Origin: an uncultured bacterium
GTDB taxonomy: Bacteria > SAR324 > NAC60-12
DNA length: 44,568 bases
NCBI GenBank assembly: GCA_964010765.1
Contig: CAXGMD010000017.1
Span: 1-44,568, forward strand
Direction of reading: 5' to 3'
The notes below the pieces were generated by a model. That model worked only from the letters and a program-made list of their open reading frames with translations, did not search any database and was not told where the DNA came from. Positions 19,310-28,933 of the stretch are shown here, piece by piece; positions within the stretch are counted from its first letter, which is position 1, and the number at the start of each line of letters is the position of its first letter. The position numbers and the translations under genes were made by a program.

Positions 19310-20725
19310 ATGTCTAGATCAATACTGAGCCTGTTTCTGCTCCTGCTGCTAGTTCCCGCTAGCTGGTCCCAGGAAGTCACTGGAGAAGGTGTAGGCTCCA
19401 CGAAAGAACAGGCAAAGAAAGAAGCCCTGGCCGACCTCTCTCAGAACATCTCGGTTGAGGTAAAATCTGTTCAAACCCAACTTTCTGAACTGATTGGAGA
19501 TAATTTACGCGAGGATGCTAGTAGTATGATTCAGCTGGAATCACGCCTTCCTATTCTTGGAGCAGAGAGTTTTGTGGTGGAAGATGTGGATTACTACTCT
19601 GCCTTGGCCCGTCTCTCAGCACAGGAGGTCAAACCGCTTTACCGCAATCAGCTTCAGCAAATGGAGAGAGAAATCCAGCAGGCCACCCAGCAACTGGAGA
19701 AGGCCGAGAGTAATGCAGAGCGGGAAACACTCCTTCAGGAAATTCTGGAAAAACTAGGGGATTTTAAGCGCCACCAAACCGTCTTGTTGGTCCTTGGGGA
19801 TAACGAGGTGCCCAAACTGCAAATCACAGAAACCGAGATCAAAAGTCAGCTTCGACAGGTTCAGAATGAACCAGATTCGCTGGAACAAGCTGCCAGAATC
19901 CTGACTAGGGATATGCAGGATCGAAGAGGGATCTATGTCTATCCATTTCGCACAGGAAGCTCACAAGAGATCACTCCTTTTGCTGCCGCCTTGAGAGGCC
20001 GCTTGCAGCAGCAGCTCAGCACGGTTCGCCAACCAGATCAGGCAACCCTCTGGCTCTACGGCACCTACTTGATTACAGATCAGGGATTGGAGCTCTCCGC
20101 CCACCTAACCCAGGCGAACAACCACCAAATCGAGCAATCCAGGTCACTGTTTTTGCCAAAGATGGCCTATCAGGGGTTGGAAGCCAAGCCGTCACAGATC
20201 AGTTTTGAAGAGCAGCTTCGCAATAATCCGGATCTTTTGCGCAAAAGAGATTTTCGAGTGTCTGTGCGCAGTAACAAGGGTTCTCAAGATCTGATGTTCC
20301 AGGAAGGAGATAGCCTGGAAATCTACGTTAAGCTCAACAAGCCAGGTTACTTCTACATTGTTGGACACACCTTTGCCGGAGAGGAGCCGTTTTCGTATTT
20401 GCTGGACTTGCAGGAAGAGGCAGATCCACCAAGGCGTTTCGTTCAATTTGTCAATGCAGATGACGTCAATCGATGGATCAGCCTGGGAGAGTTTGAAATT
20501 TATCCTCCGCTGGGTTTGGAGCATCTTCAGGTGATCGCTTCAAAAGAAGACTTGGTTCAGCGCTTGCCCGAATATTATTTTGATGCAGGATCAGAATTTT
20601 ATCTGGTTGGCAAAGATCCCACAGATGGTCTGACCAAAACCCGAGCAGCAAAGCGTCCAAAAAAGAAAAGCCCTGAAAATTACAGCGCAGAAGCCTTGCT
20701 CACTTATACTTCTGTACCACAGTAA
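19310..20725 (+). CDS. Secreted protein with N-terminal LPP20-like domain, coiled coil and C-terminal DUF4384-like domain
   Basis: Signal peptide, G-x-G...AKKEALADLSQNISVEV, C-terminal FQEGDSLEIYV...PPLGLEHLQVIAS. ATG 19310 preferred over TTG 19277. Confidence 0.7.
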   Translation: MSRSILSLFLLLLLVPASWSQEVTGEGVGSTKEQAKKEALADLSQNISVEVKSVQTQLSELIGDNLREDASSMIQLESRLPILGAESFVVEDVDYYSALARLSAQEVKPLYRNQLQQMEREIQQATQQLEKAESNAERETLLQEILEKLGDFKRHQTVLLVLGDNEVPKLQITETEIKSQLRQVQNEPDSLEQAARILTRDMQDRRGIYVYPFRTGSSQEITPFAAALRGRLQQQLSTVRQPDQATLWLYGTYLITDQGLELSAHLTQANNHQIEQSRSLFLPKMAYQGLEAKPSQISFEEQLRNNPDLLRKRDFRVSVRSNKGSQDLMFQEGDSLEIYVKLNKPGYFYIVGHTFAGEEPFSYLLDLQEEADPPRRFVQFVNADDVNRWISLGEFEIYPPLGLEHLQVIASKEDLVQRLPEYYFDAGSEFYLVGKDPTDGLTKTRAAKRPKKKSPENYSAEALLTYTSVPQ

Positions 20726-20748
20726 GTCTCAGAGAGAATTTCCTGATT

Positions 20749-20922
20749 TTATTCCAGAGGCGTTGCACAGAATCCACCGGAGGCCTGGGCTCCTGAGCCA
20801 AAAGCCAGTGGAGGAGGCGCTTGGAAGGGGTCAATCGGAGCACTGAAGAGCAAGTCGAGAAACAGCAACCCAAATAGTCCGAGCAATAGCACACCAATAG
20901 CGTGGGAACGTTGGAGAGTCAT
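20749..20922 (-). CDS. Unannotated 57-aa single-TM peptide with Gly/Pro-rich tail and one Cys near the C-terminus
   Basis: Hand translation MTLQRSHAIGVLLLGLFGLLFLDLLFSAPIDPFQAPPPLAFGSGAQASGGFCATPLE*. ATGA overlap with the yeeE stop and a GAGGAG SD 5 nt upstream. Confidence 0.8.
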   Translation of the reverse strand: MTLQRSHAIGVLLLGLFGLLFLDLLFSAPIDPFQAPPPLAFGSGAQASGGFCATPLE

Positions 20923-22070
20923 CTCTTCTCCTCAAGCAAGTGGTTGCGTAGTCGGACACCAAGCAGGGATCCGGCAAAGGCAGCGATGAACCAGACCCAG
21001 CCATGCAGGCTACCGGTCGAGATGCCACTGAAAAATGCGCCAACGTTGCAGCCATAGGCAAGGCGTGACGCATACCCCATCAGCAGAGCGGCTAGAGCAC
21101 CAACGATCCAAAGCCGAGTGGGAAGAGAAACCTGAGCAGCTAACGGTCCCTTCCAACGAGCAGCAATTCCAGCCCCTAACAATAAGCCGAAGTCTGTCAC
21201 TGATGTGATGTCTAGCAGCAAGCTTTGAGTCAAACGCTCAGCATTGCCGGCACCATTCCAGAAAGCAAAGCCCGCTAGTTCCATCCCCGACCAGTGTGCC
21301 AGCTTGGCACCCCATAAGCCTAGCCCATAAACCACTCCCCAGGGCTGTCCAGCCACCAACAGGTTGAGCACCGCCAATCCTGCCAGGCACAAAGCAGCAA
21401 TCCAGAGTCGACGCGGCAGGGTGCGCTCTGTCACGGGCATCCACTGTCGGAACCACCAGCCCAGCCCGGTCAGGATGGCCAGGGTCAGCAGGATGGCACC
21501 GGAGGTTCCCAGCCAATCGCTCAATGCGATGGGAGGCAACTGGCCCAGGGCATGCCACTCCGGCAGGTGCAGGGTTCCAAGGAAACTCCCGGCAATGAAG
21601 AAGGGCAGGGCCCAGAGACCCATCAGGTTGCCGCTGCCAGCGTTGACAAGGGTCCCGGAACCACAGCCCAGCACGACCTGCATTGCAGCCCCGAAGACAA
21701 AGGCCCCGAAGATCATCGCGACCCCCACTGGAGCTGTGGCTCCTATCAATTCACCCGCCGCTATTTCCAGTAGAAAGAGACTGGGCAGGGCCGTCAGCCC
21801 GATGGCCAGCAGTTGAGCCTGCAAGCCGTGGGTGTTGCGCTGTAGGATCGCTTGCCGCCAGGGACCTGCAAAGCCAAAACGCAGACCCTCCAGGGTGATG
21901 CCGAAGCCCAGCCCGATGGCCAGCAGTAGGCCTTGCCGGAGTCCAGCATAGATCGCCAGTACTAGGACCAGTAGCGTAGTTCCTATTCCAAGTAGGATAC
22001 GGAGTCGTCGTTGCCTCACATCATTGTTAGGGTCAGCAGCAGTTGTGGTGGTGGAACTCATCAGATTCAT
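20919..22070 (-). CDS. YeeE/YedE (TsuA-like) sulfur-compound transporter
   Basis: Multi-TM protein with two Cys motifs (VLGCGSG; AYGCNVGAFFSG). ATG 22070 lies 4 nt after the rhodanese stop. Confidence 0.88.
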   Translation of the reverse strand: MNLMSSTTTTAADPNNDVRQRRLRILLGIGTTLLVLVLAIYAGLRQGLLLAIGLGFGITLEGLRFGFAGPWRQAILQRNTHGLQAQLLAIGLTALPSLFLLEIAAGELIGATAPVGVAMIFGAFVFGAAMQVVLGCGSGTLVNAGSGNLMGLWALPFFIAGSFLGTLHLPEWHALGQLPPIALSDWLGTSGAILLTLAILTGLGWWFRQWMPVTERTLPRRLWIAALCLAGLAVLNLLVAGQPWGVVYGLGLWGAKLAHWSGMELAGFAFWNGAGNAERLTQSLLLDITSVTDFGLLLGAGIAARWKGPLAAQVSLPTRLWIVGALAALLMGYASRLAYGCNVGAFFSGISTGSLHGWVWFIAAFAGSLLGVRLRNHLLEEKR

Positions 22071-22074
22071 TGAC

Positions 22075-23052
22075 TCAGAAGGTATTGGCAAACCACTGCT
22101 TGGTGTTCAGCCAGGCCCACTTGAGGCGTCCTGGCACGTTGTCCATTGGCAGGCCAGCAGCAGACCACTCGACCATTGACTCCGGATAGAGCTTGACACC
22201 TGGCTGGCCAACCACTTCGCTCAGCACGAACCAGTTGGTGGCAGCCCAGTGTCCTGTGTTGCAGAAAGAGACAGTGACTTCTGCTTGGGTCAGGTCATTT
22301 TGCTGGGCCAGGGTCTGCAGTTGTTCTGGGGCTTCCAACAGAGGTCCTCCGGAACGAAACCACTGCTTGTTGTCGAAGTCCTCGGCTCCTGCGATTGTAC
22401 CGGGCTTAGCAGCAGCACCGTGCCATTTCTCACCAGCAAAGAAATCTGCGGGACGGGCATCGAGCAGCTTAGTATTTGTTTGCTTGAGTTGCTGTTCCAC
22501 GTCACTTGTGGAGGCCAGCCAGTCGGCTTGGATCGTGGCTGGATAGCTGCTGGGAGTCACCGTGGCGGTATCCTTAGAGATGGGCAGTCCTGCTTGTTTC
22601 CAGGCCAAGAAACCACCGTCAACAACAGCCAACTGTTGTAGTCCTGCGGTCTTGAGGGTCCAGTAGACTCGAGCCGCTGCACCGAAGTCACTGTAGGAAT
22701 CTCCTTTGTGCAGGACCACGGTCGGGGTTTCTGCATTCAAACCAAGTCCCTGGACGAGTGCGGTCAATTGGGCTTGTGGAAGGAACTTCCCTGGATTTTC
22801 AGCCGGTCCACGCCAGTTACCGTAAGGTGAAGAGAGTGCACCAGGGATATGACCGGCATTGTAGGAGCTATCTGGATCAAGCGCATTTGGTGGACGGATG
22901 TCAATGATGGTGACAGCGTCGGAGTGAGCTTGAAGTATTTGATTTAACTCATTGGCTGAGAGCAACGGCTTCCAGCCGGAGACCGAATTAGCAAAAGCGA
23001 AGCTACTAGCTAAAACCAGCAGTAAAGTAGAGAAAAGAGAGCGTATGTTCAT
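22075..23052 (-). CDS. Secreted tandem-domain rhodanese/sulfurtransferase, copy B
   Basis: Signal peptide (AFA), GHIPGA, AARVYW, LLDARP, active-site loop CNTGHWA and LYPESMVEWS. Confidence 0.9.
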   Translation of the reverse strand: MNIRSLFSTLLLVLASSFAFANSVSGWKPLLSANELNQILQAHSDAVTIIDIRPPNALDPDSSYNAGHIPGALSSPYGNWRGPAENPGKFLPQAQLTALVQGLGLNAETPTVVLHKGDSYSDFGAAARVYWTLKTAGLQQLAVVDGGFLAWKQAGLPISKDTATVTPSSYPATIQADWLASTSDVEQQLKQTNTKLLDARPADFFAGEKWHGAAAKPGTIAGAEDFDNKQWFRSGGPLLEAPEQLQTLAQQNDLTQAEVTVSFCNTGHWAATNWFVLSEVVGQPGVKLYPESMVEWSAAGLPMDNVPGRLKWAWLNTKQWFANTF

Positions 23053-23147
23053 GTTAGTTCTCAGTGAAAAAATCAAAAATAGACCAATTGATTATAGAAA
23101 AGTTATGTATGATTTGAAGGTAGGTAGCCATTAGCCTTCAATACTCC

Positions 23148-23741
23148 TTAAGAAGCCTGCTGAGACTGAATTTTCCTGACGCATTGATAGAGATTTTCTA
23201 ACTTGGAGTCATGAATTTGAGCCTTGCGAAGATACTGAATCGTTTGCTTCAGGTACTCAACACATGGACCCCGTTTTCCTTTGGCTTCCAGAATTCGTTT
23301 TCCTTTGGCTTCCACCTGCATTGTGGGGCAGACGTATTTGGGATGATCCAGTCTGACGACGAAGGCAATCGCTTCCAAGTTCCCTATCTCTGATTCAACA
23401 CGAACCCATTGTGGTTCATAGGCCTCTGTGATCATCTCCCTTTCCCAAATTTGGACCAGTTGGGTGTCCTTCAACTCCGGAGGAATCCGCAATGCCCGAC
23501 CAATACAGGACCCACCTGGTTCAAGTCCGAGGACTAATCCTGGAAATTCCTTGATTCCTCGATGCTCCGTACTCCAAAGACAAAAACTCCGATGGAATCC
23601 TTGAATTGTAGCCAGAATTGATTGATCAAAGGAAATTTCTGGATTCCACATCAAAGATCCGTAGGCAAAAATCCAGATTTCCTGGTCAGGAGGTCGCTGA
23701 TTCAGGATACTTTGGAGAGAGAAATTCACTGGAGTCACCAA
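23148..23741 (-). CDS. chaC: ChaC family glutathione-specific gamma-glutamylcyclotransferase
   Basis: WIFAYGSLMWNP, HRG..PGLVLGL and WEREM motifs. Start uncertain. Confidence 0.88.
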   Translation of the reverse strand: MVTPVNFSLQSILNQRPPDQEIWIFAYGSLMWNPEISFDQSILATIQGFHRSFCLWSTEHRGIKEFPGLVLGLEPGGSCIGRALRIPPELKDTQLVQIWEREMITEAYEPQWVRVESEIGNLEAIAFVVRLDHPKYVCPTMQVEAKGKRILEAKGKRGPCVEYLKQTIQYLRKAQIHDSKLENLYQCVRKIQSQQAS

Positions 23742-23891
23742 AAAAATTTATGAGTAAGATAGGTTTTTCAGCATTGTTGATCAGGTGCCTTTTGAGCAAA
23801 ATTTCTACCTTTGAAGGATACCTTAACTCCTGCTAAGTTGTCACTTTCGTTGGCTGAAAAAAAACTTTGCAGGAGTCTCCTTTTCGAGTGT

Positions 23892-24869
23892 TCAGTTGAA
23901 CTTAGATACGAGCCATTGCTTGGTAGACAACCAGGCCCACTCTAGGCGGTTGGGGACATTGTCCATTGGCAGATTGGCGGTGGACCATTCAACTAATGAT
24001 TCAGGATATAGTTTAACATTCTGCTTACCGGCGATTTCACTGAGCACAAACCAGTTGGTAGCAGCCCAGTGTCCTGTATTGCAGAAGGAAACAGTGATTT
24101 CAGCCTGGCCGAGCTTATTCTCCTGCACCAGATTCTGTAGTCGTTCCGGGGATTCGAGCAAGGGACCACCGGAGTGAAACCAGCGCTCATTATCGAAAGC
24201 CACGGCTCCAGCGATGGTTCCAGGTTTACTGGCAGCTGGATGCCAACTCAGGCCTTCGAAAAAGGAGTCGGGTCGGGCATCCAGTACCTGGAATCCAGGC
24301 TTGTTGAGGTATGCTTCGACCTCAGCTGTCTGTGCCAGCCAGTGAGGTTGGATTTGGGCAGGAAAGTCACTTGGCAGTGGAGTTTCCAACTCCGTCGAGA
24401 TCGGCAGACCCGACTGTTTCCAGGCCTGGAAGCCACCATTGAGGATTGCCAGGTTGGTCAATCCAGCGGTCTTGAGAGACCAGTAGACACGAGCTGCTGC
24501 GCCAAAGTCACTGTAGGAATCCCCACGGTGTACGACGACGACAGGGGTATCAGCCTCCGCCCCAAGTGCCTGGACGAGCCAGGTCAGCTTGTCCTGGGTG
24601 ATGAACTTGCCAGGATTGTCGGGTTGCCCACGCCAAGTCGCATAGGGGGAAGAGATCGCACCAGGGATGTGCCCCGCATTGTAGGAGGCGTCCGGTTCCT
24701 TGGCATCTAGGGCCCGGATGTCAACGACAGTTGCGGCAAAGGGATCTTCTTCGAGAAGTTCATGCAACTTGTCTACGGAGAGGAGAGGCTTCCAGTTGGA
24801 AAGTTCACTGGCGAAAGTTACGCTGGTAATCAAGGTGAGCAGTCCGATGAGCAAAAGACGCAGTTTCAT
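23892..24869 (-). CDS. Secreted tandem-domain rhodanese/sulfurtransferase, copy A
   Basis: Signal peptide (TFA), GHIPGA, CNTGHWA and LYPESLVEWS. AGGAG SD. Clear paralog of 22075..23052. Confidence 0.9.
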   Translation of the reverse strand: MKLRLLLIGLLTLITSVTFASELSNWKPLLSVDKLHELLEEDPFAATVVDIRALDAKEPDASYNAGHIPGAISSPYATWRGQPDNPGKFITQDKLTWLVQALGAEADTPVVVVHRGDSYSDFGAAARVYWSLKTAGLTNLAILNGGFQAWKQSGLPISTELETPLPSDFPAQIQPHWLAQTAEVEAYLNKPGFQVLDARPDSFFEGLSWHPAASKPGTIAGAVAFDNERWFHSGGPLLESPERLQNLVQENKLGQAEITVSFCNTGHWAATNWFVLSEIAGKQNVKLYPESLVEWSTANLPMDNVPNRLEWAWLSTKQWLVSKFN

Positions 24870-25098
24870 CAGTTTTCTCCTGGAGAGAAGTTGGCAAAGC
24901 AGGGCAAAACGATGGCCCAGAACATCAGCAAATGTGGAGAAGCTTTCCCCAGTGGGGAACGTTCTCGGTCAACGAAAACAACAGGCGAGGAGCGTTTTGG
25001 AGAGGAACCTGCGGGAGGCTCTAGAGCAAACGCACTCGCGAAAAATTCAGTGAATGATCAGAATCGGGAAACGAATCAGGAATGTGTGAACAGAGTGT

Positions 25099-25224
25099 TC
25101 AGCAACAGCAGGTAGGACAGCAACAGCAGGGAGTAACAGAGGCAACGACGGCAGCAGTCAGAGAAGTCTGGGAAAGGCTCGAACGCCCGGAGCGGAAAAA
25201 CGGTATATAGGGTAGAGAGTTCAT
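25099..25224 (-). promoter_or_regulatory. Polycysteine leader micro-ORF 2 (41 aa)
   Basis: Hand translation MNSLPYIPFFRSGRSSLSQTSLTAAVVASVTPCCCCPTCCC*. Seven of the last nine codons are TGY, followed by TGA. Confidence 0.75.
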
Positions 25225-25308
25225 CTTTCTATCTGATTCGAAAAAGTTTTTGGAGAAATTGGCGCTAGGGCCAAGGATGCGGCTAGGCCGCTGTGAAGAG
25301 GACCTGTA

Positions 25309-25386
25309 TCAACAACAGGTCAAACGACAACAACAGTAACAATCGGCTAGGGTACCGAATCGAATGTCTTTGCATGAGAAAGGCAT
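25309..25386 (-). promoter_or_regulatory. Polycysteine leader micro-ORF 1 (25 aa)
   Basis: Hand translation MPFSCKDIRFGTLADCYCCCRLTCC*. Seven Cys, six of them in the last ten codons, followed by TGA. Confidence 0.72.
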
Positions 25387-25412
25387 TACTGTTGTCCGAA
25401 AAGAAGGAATTT

Positions 25413-25436
25413 AAAAAATTCGATATCGAAGTTTTT
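25413..25436. promoter_or_regulatory. Near-perfect 24-bp palindrome, candidate operator
   Basis: AAAAA-A-TTCGATATCGAA-G-TTTTT in the divergent promoter region, 26 nt upstream of leader ORF 1. Confidence 0.4.
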
Positions 25437-25625
25437 CGTAGGCCGAGCACAAAGGCAAGCATTTTTTGCAGGTGCGAGAATACTTAGGGTAACGTGTCAT
25501 CGGTTGCCGGCTTTTTTCACCAATCTTTCTCAGGTGTTGAGAATGGTTTGATCTTCTACTGACTATTATCGAAGATTAGAAGAAATCTGGTCTTTCATCT
25601 CAACCACACATGCTTTGGAGGAAAC

Positions 25626-26618
25626 ATGCCCTATGATGCCGCTGATAACCGTTACGAATCTGCTCACTATCGTCGCTGTGGGAAATCTGGACTACACTTG
25701 CCCGAGGTGTCCCTAGGGCTTTGGTACAATTTTGGTGGAGTCGATCCTCTGGAAAATATGCGAGAGATGCTCCGACGGTCTTTTGACCTCGGGATTACGC
25801 ACTTTGATCTTGCCAACAATTATGGTCCCCCTCCTGGTTCGGCTGAAACCAATTTCGGGCGGATCTTTGCCGAGGACTTCAAGCCCTATCGCGATGAATT
25901 GGTGATTTCCAGTAAAGCTGGCTACCACATGTGGCCTGGGCCCTACGGAGAATGGGGCTCTCGCAAGTACCTGGTGGCAAGCTGCGACCAGAGCCTCAAA
26001 CGGGTGGGACTCGACTATGTAGACATTTTCTACAGCCATCGGCCCGACCCGAATACCCCCTTGGAAGAGACGATGGGAGCGCTGGACTACATCGTTCGTA
26101 GCGGACGAGCGCTCTATGCTGGTATCTCAACCTATTCCCCAGAGCAGACACGCGAAGCTTCACGCCTCCTGAGAGAATTGGGAACTCCCTGTTTAATTCA
26201 TCAGCCACGCTACAACATGTTTGATCGTTGGATCGAAGATGGCCTGCTTGATGTACTCAAGGACGAAGGGATTGGCTGCATTGCGTTCTCACCTCTTTGC
26301 CAGGGAATTCTGACCAACAAGTACCTATCTGAAGACTGGAGTGGCACCCGTGCTGATAAACTGAAGAGCGCTTTCCACTGGGGTGATGAAGTGACTCAGA
26401 AGCGCATTGCGCGGGTACGTGAACTACAGAAGATGGCCGATGAGCGTGGACAGACAATGGCTCAACTCGCGATCGCTTGGGTACTGCGTCAGCCACAGAT
26501 GACCTCGGCGCTGATTGGTGCCAGCAAGGTCTCACAAATCGAAGATGCTGTGGGTGCACTCAGCAACACGCAGCTTAGCGAAGAAGAACTATCCAGAATC
26601 GAAACTATTCTCGGTTAG
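25626..26618 (+). CDS. mgrA: Aldo/keto reductase, L-glyceraldehyde-3-phosphate reductase (YghZ/MgrA) family
   Basis: SLGLWYNFG, FDLANNYGPPPGSAE, SKAGYHMWPGPYGEWGSRKY and HQPRY motifs. Confidence 0.9.
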   Translation: MPYDAADNRYESAHYRRCGKSGLHLPEVSLGLWYNFGGVDPLENMREMLRRSFDLGITHFDLANNYGPPPGSAETNFGRIFAEDFKPYRDELVISSKAGYHMWPGPYGEWGSRKYLVASCDQSLKRVGLDYVDIFYSHRPDPNTPLEETMGALDYIVRSGRALYAGISTYSPEQTREASRLLRELGTPCLIHQPRYNMFDRWIEDGLLDVLKDEGIGCIAFSPLCQGILTNKYLSEDWSGTRADKLKSAFHWGDEVTQKRIARVRELQKMADERGQTMAQLAIAWVLRQPQMTSALIGASKVSQIEDAVGALSNTQLSEEELSRIETILG

Positions 26619-26704
26619 TCTGTTGAACGGAGGTACTACGAGGTACCTCCTCTGTCTCAATGAAGTTGGCAGCAAGGGCTGCCAACGCCTCTGAGGGAGC
26701 AGTT

Positions 26705-28855
<2,151 letters not shown>

Positions 28856-28933
28856 CGAGTTTGCAATTCAAGCTCACTAGATTTCGTAGTCCATCCGTTT
28901 CTTGCTAGACTCACCTAGAGTTCCATCCCCACC

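Noticed and set aside
20700..21073. Track ORFs 20700..20897 and 20831..21073 (minus strand)
   Set aside because: Alternative frames with no SD or coherent features. The 20749..20922 frame has an SD, stop-start coupling and a TM helix.
25099..25224. Leader 2 as a streptolysin-S-like (TOMM) RiPP precursor or a metallothionein
   Set aside because: The Cys run resembles SagA, but the window has no YcaO, dehydrogenase, protease, exporter or metal-resistance genes. The sulfur-operon context and Cys codons abutting the stop favour attenuation. Not formally excluded.
25021..25311. Selenocysteine readthrough of the leaders' TGA stops
   Set aside because: Readthrough of leader 2 ends at a TAG about 25 codons later with no recognisable protein, and the adjacent stems are too short to be convincing SECIS elements.
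24700..25487. Plus-strand ORFs 24700..25053, 24762..25115 and 25293..25487
   Set aside because: No motifs. They are antisense shadows of the rhodanese 5' end and the Cys leaders (the Asn run in 25293..25487 mirrors the TGT repeats).
26619..26704. Cobalamin riboswitch before scpA
   Set aside because: Only 86 nt long, with no B12-box consensus.
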